NCBI GenBank assembly: GCA_951406725.2
Contig: OX597823.1
Span: 18,166,001-18,230,000, forward strand
Direction of reading: 5' to 3'
Source of the DNA: Octopus vulgaris
Taxonomy: Eukaryota
Length of the DNA stretch: 64,000 bases
Positions 40,041 through 54,403 of the stretch are shown one piece after another; the first letter of the stretch is position 1; every line of letters begins with the position of its first letter. A program made the translations under genes and the position numbers. The notes beneath the pieces are model-generated. The model saw only the letters and a list, made by a program, of their open reading frames with translations. It made no database searches and was not told where the DNA came from.

Positions 40041-40711
40041 ATATACATGCTAAAAGATAATGGGATAAATTATAAGATTAAATGGGAGGTTATAAGCCGT
40101 GCCAGAGCTTATCAACTTTCAGATAATAAATGTAAATTATGCACAGAAGGGATTTTTCAAATAATATAATCTAAACATACATTGATTAACTCTAGGAAAG
40201 AAAATATTTTAGTTTGTTGTTACTACTTAGAGTATGTTTTCAGAAAACTTAATTAATAAATAAATAATAATTAACAAAACTGAACATTAGAAATATTGGC
40301 ATTATTTATAATAAGCTTAAAATATATTATCTAAACACAAGTAAATTACTAATATGCATACACACGCACTATTAAAGTATAGGATCTATAAACGCAATAA
40401 GTATCTATAAACGCGCAAACACACACATGTATAAATGATGGCATCCATGCTTGTATTTAATAGCCTTATACCGACACACATACACATATAAGTACACATA
40501 AATTAACTTAAGAAGTAAGCACACATATATACACATACGAGAACACATATAAAGACATATTTATATATATATATATTTAATTTTTAATATATATATAAAC
40601 ATATATATATACATTCCTCTTTTATATTTAGCACGGACTGCTCGAAGCTTACGAACTTCCTACACTTAGGTCCTTGGGTTTTACAATTACACACATGTTT
40701 GTATGCATGCA

Positions 40712-40755
<44 letters not shown>

Positions 40756-40811
40756 TGCATGCATACATATATAAATATATATATATACATATATATTACA
40801 TATATATATAA

Positions 40812-40887
<76 letters not shown>

Positions 40888-41265
40888 ATATATATTATTG
40901 ATATGAAGCAACACAGCTTACTTTTACTGATGAAACCAAGCTAATTTCGAGCTTCCGTGCAAAGAGAACATTTTGTATGTGTACAAAAGTTGAGTGATTG
41001 GTGTAACCATGTTATTATGGTGATCTGATGAGCTGGCTTTCATTATTTACATTGGTTTATGAATATATAATTGTATTATATTATGCCTAACATGCATATT
41101 AATTCAAACATGTAAGCATAATTTTGTTCCACACTGAAATTATTATTTCATGAAGAAGGCTGCGAAATGGCTAATATCCAATGCTAAGGATGTAAAGTGG
41201 TTAAATATGTCCCTCTCTTACACTTTCCGGCTTTTTTTTTTTTTTTGGCTTATATATATATACCT

Positions 41266-41545
41266 GTGGAGGCACAATGGCCTAGTGGTTAGGGCAGCGG
41301 ACTCGCGGTCGCAGGATCGCGGTTTCGATTCCCAAACCGGGCGTTGTGTGTTTTTATTGAGCGAAAACACCTAAAAAGCTCCATGAGGCTCCGGTAGGGG
41401 ATGGTGATCCCTGCTGTACTCTTTCTCCCACTCTTTCTTCTGTTGGCCTGCTCGCTTAGCCAGCGGGGTGGCGTCATTCGAAGGCTAAAACAATGCGAAC
41501 GCATTGTGACCAGCGATGTGTAACAACATCTTATGGCTTGGTCGG
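41266..41545 (+). mobile_element. Family B SINE (tail B2)
   Basis: Family match. Confidence 0.87.
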
Positions 41546-41586
41546 AGAAAAAAAAAATTTTTTTTAAATATATATACCTATCAAGG

Positions 41587-41921
41587 GTTGAACAGAAAGA
41601 ACACAGCAAAGAGGAAATAAAGAGAAAAATTAGACGAAAGCAGATCAAACGGAAAACTATATGAAAACTTAACAGAGGGAAAATTCGGCAAATATACCAT
41701 GCATGGAACATTCGCTCTAATTTTCTCGTCTACCAATGACCCAAGATATCATAGTAGTATCACGCTGGATCACTGACTAACGAGGAAATCATTGCGAATG
41801 TTCCATGTGTCACGTTTTTGCCTAATTTTCCGTCTGTTAAGTTTTTGTCTAGTTTTTTGTTTGCTCTACTTTCGTTTAACTTTTCTCTTTTTTTCTCTTT
41901 GTTGTGTTCTTTCTGTTCAAC
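41587..41921. repeat. Diverged inverted repeat (~128-bp arms)
   Basis: GTTGAACAGAAAGAACAC...CATGGAACATTCGC versus GCGAATGTTCCATG...GTGTTCTTTCTGTTCAAC. Confidence 0.75.
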
Positions 41922-41942
41922 GCACATCCTGTTTGTTTACTT

Positions 41943-42007
<65 letters not shown>

Positions 42008-42012
<5 letters not shown>

Positions 42013-42235
42013 CTTTACTGCCCACAAGGGGCTAAACACAGAGGGGACAAACAAGGACAGACAAGCGGATTAAGTCGATTACATCGACCCCAGTGTGTAA
42101 CTGGTACTTAATTTATCGACCCCGAAAGGATGAAAGGCAAAGTCGACCTAGGCGGACTTTGAACTCGGAACATAACGACAGATGAAATGCGGCTACGCAT
42201 TTCGCCCGGCGCGCTAACGTTTCTGCCAGCTCGCC
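42008..42235 (-). mobile_element. Family C SINE
   Basis: Family match. Confidence 0.87.
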
Positions 42236-42473
42236 ATATATATATAGTCATACGGTTTCAATTCTTAGGGCGGGTGGTGCGTTGTGTTCCTGAGCAAAAC
42301 ACTCCATCTCACGTTGCTCTGCGATCACTTCGACACCTGACGAGTGGTACACAGCACACCTGTTCAGGTAACCTCGATTTGATAGAGAGAGTGGGCTAAT
42401 ATGCGTCACGAACATTTGATCATTCGACGGAAGATTCCCCCCTTACCTATCTATTTATCTATCTATCTATCTA

Positions 42474-42543
<70 letters not shown>

Positions 42544-42550
<7 letters not shown>

Positions 42551-42727
42551 ATCCCGTGACCGACCAGGCTATCAGATGTTGTTACACATCGCTGGTCACA
42601 ATGCGTTCGCATTGTTTTAGCCTTCGAATGACGCCACCCCGCTGGCTAAGCGAGCAGGCCAACAGAAAAAAGAGTGAGAGAAAGAGTGGTGAAAGAGTAG
42701 AGCAGGGATCACCACCCCCTGCCGGAG
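42544..42727 (-). mobile_element. Family B SINE (tail B2), 5'-truncated
   Basis: Family match. Confidence 0.82.
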
Positions 42728-42957
42728 GTAGTGTATTGAAGTGTTCAATAGAGCACTGGCACAGTTTAGGCTACCTGGTGTCATCTGCAGTCGGGATATA
42801 TTTCCGTTGTATCTGCTTCAGGAACCCTGCAGTGTTAGTTGAGATAATGATAATAATTTCCTAAGTAACCAGAAGAAGGATTCGGTAGTAATCTTTTAGT
42901 TAAGAAATTACTCTTCTGGTTACTTAAGAAATTATTATTATCAATCTATTATTATTA

Positions 42958-43016
<59 letters not shown>

Positions 43017-43050
43017 GTTATTATTATTATTATTATAATTATTATTATTA

Positions 43051-43087
<37 letters not shown>

Positions 43088-43110
43088 CATTATTATTATT
43101 ATCATCATTA

Positions 43111-43420
43111 TTCAGTAGTTTTATTTTTATAGCGTGCTTTCACTTCACTACCGAGCGCAACTCTGTGTGCCTTGGGTATGTGCTGTGATTTGTTGTGATG
43201 CTCTGATGGTTATTGTATGGAAAGTGTTCTGCGTAGGATGTGTGCAGTGCCTAGTAGTGCAATTTTCTGTATGTTATATGTGTTTGTAAGTCCTGGTGTT
43301 TTTGTTATGTATTTGTCTGAATATTTTTTACAGGTTATTGGTCTGTAGTTTTGTGGGTTTGCCTGTTTTAGTGGATTTGGGAATTAGGATAGTTTTCCCT
43401 TTTGTGAGCCATTCAGGCAT
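43111..43420 (-). mobile_element. R4/Dong-clade LINE, internally deleted 3' fragment in (TAA)n
   Basis: PEWLTKGKTILIPK...NYRPITC (RT N-terminal region) joined to KYSDKYITKTPGLTNIYNIQKIALLGTAHILRRTLS* and the 3' UTR; (TAA)n on both sides. Confidence 0.8.
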
Positions 43421-43428
43421 TATTATTA

Positions 43429-43508
<80 letters not shown>

Positions 43509-43542
43509 CACACACACACACACGCATGCATGAAACTGTAAG

Positions 43543-43755
43543 AAGGCGAGCTGGCAGAAACGTTAGCACGCCGGGCGAAATGCTTAGCAGTATTTCGTAT
43601 GTCTTTACGTTCTGAGTTCAAATTCCGCTGAGGTCGACTTTGCCTTTCATCCTTTCGGGGTCGATAAATTAAGTACCAGTTACGTACTGGAGTCGATCTA
43701 ATTGACTGGCTCCCATCCCTAAAAATTTCGGGCCTTGTGTCTAGAGTAGAAAAGA
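43543..43755 (+). mobile_element. Family C SINE
   Basis: Family match, tail GGGCCTTGTGTCTAGAGTAGAAAAGA. Confidence 0.87.
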
Positions 43756-43765
43756 TTATTATTAT

Positions 43766-43838
<73 letters not shown>

Positions 43839-43840
43839 CA

Positions 43841-43906
<66 letters not shown>

Positions 43907-43911
<5 letters not shown>

Positions 43912-44429
43912 TAGTTTTATTTTTATATCGTGCTTTCACTTCACTACCGAGCGCAGCTCTGTGTGCCTTGGGTATGTGCTGTGATTTGTTGTGATGCTCT
44001 GATGGTTATTGTATGGAAAGTGTTCTGCGTAGGATGTGTGCAGTGCCTAGTAGTGCAATTTTCTGTATGTTATATGTGTTTGTAAGTCCTGGTGTTTTTG
44101 TTATGTATTTGTCTGAATATTTTTTTATCATGCCTAATGCACCTACTATGATAGGAATTGTTTCTGTTTTTAGATTCTACATTCTGGTTACCTCTATTTT
44201 CAGGTCTTTGTATTTTGAAAGTTTCTTCATTTCTTTTAGAGACACGTTGTCATCTGCCGGTATTGATACATCAATTAGAAAGCATTTTTTTCTTCATGAT
44301 CTCTGACAACTATATCTGGTCTGTTGACCTTAATTTCTCTATCTGTGTGTATCGGCATATCCCAGAGTATGGTTGCTTTCTCGTTTTCTGTGACCTTTTC
44401 TGGTGTGTGCCTATACCATCTTTTTTCTG

Positions 44430-44432
<3 letters not shown>
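43907..44432 (-). mobile_element. R4/Dong-clade LINE 3' fragment (RLE domain) in (TAA)n
   Basis: WYRHTPEKVTENEKATILWDMPIHTDREIKVNRPDIVV...IDVSIP...KYKDL...PIIVGALG...QKIALLGTAHILRR; (TAA)n on both sides, the known Dong target. Confidence 0.88.
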
Positions 44433-44493
<61 letters not shown>

Positions 44494-44806
44494 GTACACA
44501 CACATACACACACACACACACACACGCATACATGAAACTATATCCAACGCTACACATTACTGCAAAATATTTAACTGTATCGCGCAAAGTAGTTAATTTT
44601 GCTGAAATATGGAACATTTAAGCCGAGGTATGTATATTTTCAAATGAAAAAGGCGGCGAAATTTACATTCAGTTCAAGATTCTGAATAACCAACACTTTT
44701 GGAATTTTGTTTACAGTAGAAAATATTTTTATATTGCTTATATTAAAAAAAAATACTTAATCAATATAAAAATTCTTAGCTTTAGTATTGGTTTAGTTGT
44801 TTACAT

Positions 44807-45185
44807 TGGAGGCGCAATGGCCCAGTGGTTAGGGCAGCGGACTCGCGGTCATAGGATCGCGGTTTCGATTCCCAGACCGGGCGTTGTGAGTGTTTATTGA
44901 GCGAAAACACCTAAAGCTCCACGAGGCCCCGGCAGGGATGGTGGCGATCCCTGCTGTACTCTTTCACCACAACTTTCACTCTTTCTTCCTGTTTCTGTTG
45001 TACCTGTATTTCAAAGGGCCGGCCTTGTCACTCTCTGTGTCACGCTGAATATCCCCGAGAACTACGTTAAGGGTGCACGTGTCTGTGGAGTGCTCAGCCA
45101 CATACACGTTAATTTCACGAGCAGGCTGTTCCGTTGATTCGGATCAACCGGAACCCTCATCGTCGTAACCGACGGAGTGCTTCCC
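44807..45185 (+). mobile_element. Family B SINE (tail B1), full length
   Basis: TSD TTAGTTGTTTACAT at 44793-44806 and 45186-45199. Confidence 0.92.
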
Positions 45186-45715
45186 TTAGTTGTTTACATA
45201 ACGATTAAAAACGCAAGTACGACAGAAACAAAATCTGTTTACCTAAGTTACTGAGACGGTCCAGCTGAGAAATGAGAAGCTGTTTTGTTGAGACAAAACG
45301 TTTGATACTGTGTAGATATTATTTATAACTTAATTTGTGAGAGAAACGTCATTGCGAGGTTTCCCAAATGGTTAGCAACCTAGTCCGGTAATGAGAGATG
45401 TGCAGTGTGCTTTTCTGTCAGCGGGATATTTGTTAATTATGATCCATATATGATGTTTCTCTTTTTCTTTAAGATTAACCCAAGGCGGACGAGTTTTGCC
45501 TACGACAATTGCAGGTTGTTCTAGAATGGCTTCGTTGGTACCATTAATATTAGTTTTGAATTTCTTCAGGCCTCTTGAGAAAATTTGTGCAGAAATAGTA
45601 TATATGTATTATGTCTGTAAATGTATATCCGGATATATAATATATAGATGAAAGTATGTGGGGCAAACGTGGGCGCAGAAAGAAAACACACGCGGGTACG
45701 CACACATGCACATGC

Positions 45716-45746
<31 letters not shown>

Positions 45747-46037
45747 TATGTATGTATATATGTGGGTGAATGTGTACGTGTGTGTGTGTGTCTGTGTCTC
45801 TGTGTGTGTATGCATTTATGGTGTTCTCATTAAGAATAGAAAGCCATTATTTATCCATAGCTGAATTCTGCTGAGAGTGCAATACGACAGGACTTTTATG
45901 ATCATATCAATATCTGTTTTGAGGATTTGTGTGTGTTTGTGTGTGCGTGTGTTACAGAAAGAGAGGGGAGACAGAGACAGACAAAGAGATTGCATGTATG
46001 TGAATGTATACACAATATGCATATGTATATCTGTATG

Positions 46038-46149
<112 letters not shown>

Positions 46150-46216
46150 TGTGTATGTATATATATATATATATATATATACCTATATATATATAGAGAG
46201 AGAGAGATGCCTACAG

Positions 46217-46257
<41 letters not shown>

Positions 46258-46273
46258 AGAGAGAGAATCCTAC

Positions 46274-46329
<56 letters not shown>

Positions 46330-47635
46330 ATGTGTACATATCTATATATATTTATATATAGATGGATAGATTATATGAATGAGTGTTTATACATACAAAC
46401 GTAAGTACTTATATATACATATCTATATGTGCGGGTGCATATATGTACACATATGAGCATCTATATGCGTGATTAAGGGGGAACATGAGACTGTGTAATT
46501 AAGCTCACGGGCGTTTGGTGTTTTAGGTTATCTGATTCTTGATAATCTCAGCAATATTTCGAAGGTCATTGACTCGAATCAGCGTTCCACAATTCTACAT
46601 CTACAATGTTGTGCAAACCGCTGTTATATTTTCTCAGAAACAGTTCCACGGTTCTATATATGGCATATACTTCGTGGGTGTACTCTGTGTCTTCATCCAC
46701 CCTAGTAAAACAACAAAAATGTCTATGTTAGTTTAGACTTTGTCGACTTGAGCCGTGACCTAATATTTGCCTTGTAAAATCGCAATTCATACGTTACAAT
46801 ACTTATAAAAGTATATTGAAATCCACAGCCTTGTGTGCGTGTATGTGTGCGTGTGTGTGTGTGTGTATTCATTCATGAAAGTACCGAGACATAGAGTTCA
46901 CATACACTTTGGAGTTAAATTTACGTCTATTAAACGTACATGTATAAAGTAATTTATAGTATATGGAGTTCGTCCATAAAGAAATTCTTTTACTTGTTTC
47001 TATTAATACATTGCGGCCATGCTGTGGCATCGCATTGAAGATTTTAGTCAAACAAATCGACCCCCTTACTAATTTTTTAAAGACTGGTACTTATTCTGTT
47101 GGTTTATTTTTTACCGAGCCGCTAAATTACCTCTGCTAATGATGGATTTGTAGCGTACGCTTAGGGAAATTCTTCTCTTTCTGTTATATATATACAAATA
47201 CAGACGTAGTAGATAACAGCTATCCTTCGGCTGCCCTTTTGGACCCTGTTGTGTCCACTACTCTGATTGGTTAGTATTGGCGCAGTTTGTCTCTTGCTCT
47301 ATTACACGCCAATATTCAACCCAACCAATCGCATGTTAAAACATTTTTAACATCACCAAAACAAATTTGCGAATCATGAAACAAAGTGAAAAATTATATT
47401 AAAAAAATAATAACTAATCAAGCACTTATCTTAAGTGGCGTTTAAGTTGCATGCTGATTGGTCAAAACTGTATTCGAAAAATTCAGCATGTTGGAGTCTT
47501 CTAAAAGGTATAAAAAGGAAGGAATGGGTCATTTTACTACAATCGTCAAGAACTCAACTGTCAACATAGTAAATATTTTAAAGTACAATAATAAAATACG
47601 TGGAAGCCAGACCATGTAGTAACTTTATTCAACTG

Positions 47636-47729
<94 letters not shown>

Positions 47730-48080
47730 ATATATGCATATATATAACTGTATGGTATAAAAGTATAAAGGACTTCAATACAGAATGATGTTGTAGTTGT
47801 ATAGAGGCTTATAGAATGCTTCTTTGATTGTGAAATAATCAAGATTTACCCATCGAATGAATTGCTGTTTTGTTCGACCAACTCTTCAACCAACGATAAT
47901 CGTGGGCTAATTGAAGAAGGAAAAGAATGAATTGACGTGTACGATCGAGCCCTGTTTGTGAATTTAGGTCAATCACCACTCCCTTTCTTATACTAGATAA
48001 TTATTAGGTAAGTTGAACATATTCAGACAGGTATATAGATACACACAGTTACATAAATGCAGATATACACATGCAAAGTT

Positions 48081-48149
<69 letters not shown>

Positions 48150-49125
48150 CATGCCTATACACACACATACCCGAACCGAAATTTAATGATTTGATAAGTA
48201 TACTTCCAAAAAATAAATACGGAAGTGATGCAAGTACTATGGCCAGTGTGATTGATTAAATCCTTGATGGCGGTGCCCCAACGTTTGTCGGTGTCCAATG
48301 ACTGAAAATAATAAAGAAAGGAAACATAAGTATGAATATGAATACATTATCGATTTCATCCCCTTTCTTACGTGTGTTTAAAACAGTATAGTTGTAAGCA
48401 ATATGACGGGAGGGTCGTTATTCTATGGGTTCATATGCCAAGTGGCTCTGAAAAACAATTGGCTCTGGAAAAAAATTGTATAATACTCACACGTGTAAAT
48501 ACTTATAGTAATGAACGTAAACGCAAGCAAATGCAACAGAAAGAAAGTCTGAGAAAAGGAGAGATAGAGAGAGCGAAGAAGAGAATTATTTTCCCGTCCA
48601 ACGTGTTTATCGCTGCTCTGGTTCAAAACTTGTAACAGGCTTCCTTGATGAAGGCTATGTAAATGGTCCGAAACTGACAATAAACGTATCACTAGTCGAT
48701 TAATGTAGCACAATAAATAATATATTTTACCCTTTATTTTGTGTGTTACGTGTTTTATTTTTGGATTTAAACTTGTTCAGTCATTATACATACACATACA
48801 TACATACATACATACATACATACATACATACATACATACATACATACATGCATGCATATACATATATATACTTATCTCACGTCTGTTTAAATTCCTCCAC
48901 TTCACTCCGTATTTCATATCTTCTCTATAATAACTTTTACTTAAACATTTTCTCGCACTGCCTTTGATGAAGGGATATATAAAATATCTTTGAAACAGCT
49001 GTAAGACCTTCTCTTTATAAATGCTCTGAAAACTATTCACAGCCATGGAATTTTTATTTCATTCTGTTAATTATATATACAAATCAGTAAACGGTGGGGT
49101 TGTGTTGACCACACGTGGAGAAATG

Positions 49126-49367
49126 ATAGGAGAGGAAAAATTATAATAAGGCAGAATGCTAAATTGAAAATTAATTTTAATAAAAATGGGTGTATGGAAA
49201 ATTAAAAAAGAAAAAAAAAATAAAACAAACCGGTTTTCAAGATTTGCCTTGCGATGAAAACCGGTTTGATTTATTATTCTTTCTTTTTTAATTTTCCATA
49301 CACCCATTTTCATTAAAATTTACTTTCAATGTAGCATTCTGTCTTATTATAATTTTTCCTCTCCTAT
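49126..49367. repeat. AT-rich fold-back (~110-bp arms)
   Basis: ATAGGAGAGGAAAAATTATAATAAG...AAACCGGTTTTCA versus TGAAAACCGGTTT...CTTATTATAATTTTTCCTCTCCTAT. Confidence 0.8.
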
Positions 49368-49377
49368 ATAAATGTAC

Positions 49378-49473
<96 letters not shown>

Positions 49474-49487
49474 TATATATATATACA

Positions 49488-49523
<36 letters not shown>

Positions 49524-51285
49524 TGTATGTATGTATGAATGAATGAATAAATGTATGTATATCTAAGTTCATAAAATGAAGATTATTATCGTATTATGAA
49601 CTTATCTTAAATATAGGTATAAGTGAAATCTTGGCCCATGCTTGTAAAAGTGGGAACTGCTCATGCATTTGTGTGAAAACTAAATTTAACTTAAGAGGGG
49701 ATTATGCTTGCTAAAAGTACCGGCCTCATGGGCAGTCTCCCGGGGTGCTAAATGCTAAGAGAGATTCTTCTAGATATAAAGACAGATTAAATTTTTAGTA
49801 ATCCTGTCGACTGAAAATGTTATTGTAAAAATGACGATCATAGAAGAAAATGCTTTTAAAACACTTGCAGATCTAAAGACCAAAAATATTTCAGTTCGCT
49901 TGTCTACATTAGAATATCTGTTGTTTTGTTTACATTTTTAAATTATTAGATCATTCGTTATATCAACAGAAGTATATCAACGACACCCTTTGTATTTTCC
50001 CTCTCTTACCCATTCTCCCTCCACTGATCGTTTGTAATAAAATAGATTGAGACCATTGTAAGGATAATTTTTAAAAGATATCACCAAATGGGAAATTGTA
50101 ATCGTAGAAATAAAACGTTGACTACAATGCGAAATAAACAATTCAAACATAGTATCAAAGTTTTAGATCCTTTCATTAATATGACTTGAAGAAACAAAGA
50201 GAATAGAGAAAAGGAGACCAAGAAACGGTATTAACGTTGCTGACAATGGTGTCACTGTATTTTATAACAACTGATCAGTGGGAGATGGGTGAATGAGAGA
50301 AAAGTACTAAAGGTTTCGTTCATGTCCTGTAAATATGAATAATTTAATAAAGAATGTAAACGAAAGAACAGATATTGTAAAGCAGACATTATGCGATTTT
50401 CTCGTCTTTAGATCTGCAAATGTTTTAAAGGCATTTACTTCTGTTGCCATCATTTTCATAATATCATTTACAGTCGATGGAATTGCTAAAAAATTTAATC
50501 TGTCGTTATATCTAGAAGATCAAAATACATGGTGTGATCCCTCCTAGCACGTGGAACCCCGGGAGGCTGTCCATGTTGCCGGTACTTTTAGCAATTTTAA
50601 TTCCCTTTTCTTTTAACTTCACTTTTCATACAGATATATGAGTAGTTTTCACTTTTACAAGCATGGACCAAGATTTCTCTTATAATTATATTTAACACAA
50701 TAAATGTTCGTAATACGATAATAGCCTTCATTTTATGAACCTATGTATGTACGTGTATATGCATATTTATGTTTATAGCTGAACGGGTTCAAAGCATGTA
50801 ACAGGCTGTCAAGATGAAGGCTTTAGTAAAGGTTCTAAACTAACAGCCATATATCATCGTTGCTTGATCTTTGTTCAAAAACCTGCGAATTATGCGCTCT
50901 GTTTGCTTAAAAACCGCACTACGTTATGTCTGTGTGCATTCAAAAATATATACATAACATATAACATCGCATTTAAACACATATACATAGCATATAAATA
51001 CATGAACGTTTCTTCGTTTTCCAAATTCATTAGAACATTTATATAGTTACATATTTTCTTAATGAATTTCATTCATAACTGTGAATGTATAGACATCCAT
51101 GATCGATGGCTAAATGCAAAGCAATTTTTGGTGAACTCTAATTATAATTATAAGTATAGAATTTTTGTATAAGGTTACCGATAATGGTTCTTTTAGCATC
51201 CCGGACGACTTGGTAAAATTATTAATTATTAATTAATTAATTAATTATTCATGTGTGTGTGTGTGTGTGTGTATACAGATACATA

Positions 51286-51368
<83 letters not shown>

Positions 51369-51412
51369 GTATAAGACACACACACATACAGACAGAACGG
51401 ATTGTATATAAT

Positions 51413-51478
<66 letters not shown>

Positions 51479-51847
51479 GTATGTATGTATATATATAAAT
51501 ATATTATATACAATCCGTTCTGTCTGTCTGTGTGTGTGTCTTATGGGATCTCGGGCATCCTCCATCCGATTGCGCTCATATTTGATATATAGATACCGAC
51601 GGTATCAGGGCGAGTATAAGTCTTGAAAAAAATTACAAAAATCGATTCCAGGTGAGAATGATTTCGCACCCACTCCAGCGCCTATGTATATGTATATACT
51701 TTTCTTTTGTCTATAACAGTAAATTAATAATCGTTTCCACCAACTTCTTCACGTTGATAAGAGTAACTAATTCAAGTTCGATATCTCTTGGCATTTCCCC
51801 GCTGACCTAAATAGACTGTTTTTCTAATTCCAGTAATATAAGATTGT

Positions 51848-52171
51848 GAGGGCGCGTGGTTTAGTGGTTAGGGCATTCGGCTCATGATCGTAAGGTTGTG
51901 AGTTCGATTCCCGGCGACGCGTTGTGTCCTTGAGCAAGACACTTTATTTCACGTTGCTCCAGTCCGCTCAGCTGGCAAAAATGAGTTGTACTTGTATTTT
52001 CAAAGGGTCGGCCCTGTCACTCTCTGTGTCACGCTGATTATCCCCGAGAACTACGTTAAGGGTACACGTGTATGTGGAATGCTCAGCCATTTGCACGTTA
52101 ATTTCACGAGCAAGCTGTTCCGTTGATCGTATCAGCTGGGACCCTCGTCGTCGTAACCGGCGGAGTCTTTA
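51848..52171 (+). mobile_element. Mosaic SINE: D-like head and CORE-like centre with B1 tail
   Basis: TGTGTCCTTGAGCAAGACACTTTATTTCACG joined to CAAAGGG...CCGAGAACTACGTTAAGGG...CGTCGTCGTAACC; TSD AATATAAGMTTGT at 51835-51847 and 52172-52184. Confidence 0.82.
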
Positions 52172-52922
52172 AATATAAGCTTGTAACATTTGCAAAGTAA
52201 TGCTTTCCGTTAAAAGTTTATTCATCTTGAATTTCAGAACTTTGAATTATTCCACCAAGGGTTTATTCTATCACTTTCCTTGCTCTTTTAAATTGTTAGG
52301 GTATGTAATTTCAAATATTTTTTTCTATTATTATAATGTAACTAAAGCGTTTCCGAGTATATATTTAATTGCTTCTTTAAAATACGCTATTTACCCCCAT
52401 ATTTTCCCGCCACAGTACATAAAATTCACTTTTCTTTATGTCTGACATCCCATTAACACACACATACATATGTATACAATATGTGTATGTGAAAGATAGA
52501 GAGAGAGAGGAGAAAGAGACAGAGAGAGAAAGAGAATTTCTATGTATATCCTTTCCTTTTGTCTTATTTTTTTTTTGTAGCTAGCGCCTACACCTCGCTG
52601 CCACCACAGTGCTGAATCTCTTTGTTTTATTATCCTACCTCTTGTCCAGCTCCCTATTGAACGCTTTGAATTTCTTGTTAATATTTTTCCCTTCTGTCTG
52701 GCTTTCTCTATCTCTGTTTCTCTTTTTTATTTTCTCAAACTATTCAGTTCATTCTCTCTTTCTTTCTTTCTTTCATTTCACTCTTCTCCCTCTCTCTCTC
52801 CTTCTTTGTCACATCATTTCTCTCTTCCTCTAGAAACAGTAACAAAATGATAGTTTTAGCAAAAGGTTTGACAAATACAGCGGTGCTGCTTTTAAAATAG
52901 GAAGGAGATCCTAATAAGTAAA

Positions 52923-53200
52923 GATGGCTATCTCTTCTACAGAAAAACGCCAGAGGATGGAGGCTTTCAAATCTTGGTTGGACAGTACGAAATCGACAAC
53001 ATATGATAATTTCTACTGCCCACCCCTGACTGAGATATTTGATAATCACATCAATAAAGTCTACAAAATATGTGTACAAATATATCACTAAAGGATCTGG
53101 CACTGCAATGTTTGGTCTGAGCGCGTAAAACAACTGCAAGGAAGTTATGTAATTCTAGTAAAATCAAGCAAAAGAAATGCATCAGCCACTATGGGTGATT
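52923..53200 (+). pseudogene. Helitron Rep domain fragment
   Basis: DGYLFYRKTPEDGG...EIDN..YCPPLTEIFDNHIN / KSTKYVYKYITKG, including the two-tyrosine Rep motif 3; stops and frameshifts. Confidence 0.78.
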
Positions 53201-54331
53201 TCTAGTGTCTTTGCGTCTTTCTTATTCATGGAAATACTCCGAGATTCAGCAATTTGTTGTTCACTTGTAAATTATTCAATGAGTTTATTTCACTACTTCA
53301 CTGCAGCGACTGTTGTGTAGTAGACACAAGGTCCAACGAACGACGCTATAAGTATGATCCATTTGTAAATGCATTGCTGTACCACTTAGTTCTGCCCTGC
53401 TATATACATAGAACGTGTGCGTGTACTCATAGCGATGAATTGGCAGTCATTAGAGCCTTCGATAGAATAGCTTCTAGAATTTGTTCAAACTCTCTGTTCT
53501 GAGTTCAAATTCCACCGAGATAGACTTAGATTTTCATCCTTCCGGAGTCGACAAAATAAATTACCAGTCGAGAGTAGTCGATTAACGAAACCCTTAGGGA
53601 TGGAATAGGATGGGATGGGATGGGATGGGATGCAATGTTGTGTCTATTCCAGCTCTCTGTCAACTCTGACGTCAACGTCTGCGACCATACTGGTCTTCAG
53701 CTACAATGGCTTTCTTTTGGACATGGGGAGAGGGAACTGGAATGCGTGGGAAACTGCTAGCCTTCCACATTAACTTTGCCCATGCCTTGCAACAAGCTTC
53801 AAAATTTCACAGATAAGATTCATCTTAACTGAGATTATTACGATTAGTAATTTTATTTCTTATGTCTGAAATATGAAAGGAAGAAGCTAACTTCAACGGG
53901 ATTTGTACTCCGAACATAAGACAGAATCTAAATGCTGAACTGCATATTCAAATTAGATAAATATTGCGTCAACGTGACTAGTCTCAGAAGTGCTACTCTG
54001 ATTAATGGTATAGTTTATATCTTCTGAATAAAACCACTAAAATAAATAGATATCAGTTGATACTCTGGTGCTTCATCTGCTCTGCCACTATTATATTACT
54101 GAATGTTAACTTTTTCGACTGGGCAGACTGGACATAAAGTTCTTATATACTGGAGGAAGAGAAAATGGGAGATTGGGAATTTTATGCACTTCTCAATGTC
54201 ATCAAAGGGTGGGAAGTTACTTCAGTTTGGGATTGAAATTACTTCAGTCTTTTGTTTTTTAATAGCATGATCTTGGAACAGTTGCCATGCTTTTTGCAAG
54301 CCTTCTATGAAGGTCGTTTAAAGAGAACGGA

Positions 54332-54403
54332 TCTTATTAAAGGAGTCGAACCAACCATCAGTCGCTTGTCAGGTGACTGTGCTACCAATTACACCAAATA
54401 AGT
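54332..54403 (-). pseudogene. tRNA-like sequence, anticodon GAC (Val), probably a pseudogene
   Basis: Cloverleaf by eye: acceptor 6/7 pairs, D stem GTGT/GCAC, anticodon stem 4/5 with loop CTGACAA, GGTTCGACTCC T loop, but the T stem has only ~2 pairs. Confidence 0.55.

Noticed and set aside
47220-47560. Clustered CCAAT/ATTGG boxes, possible promoter
   Set aside because: No associated gene; more likely part of an unclassified repeat
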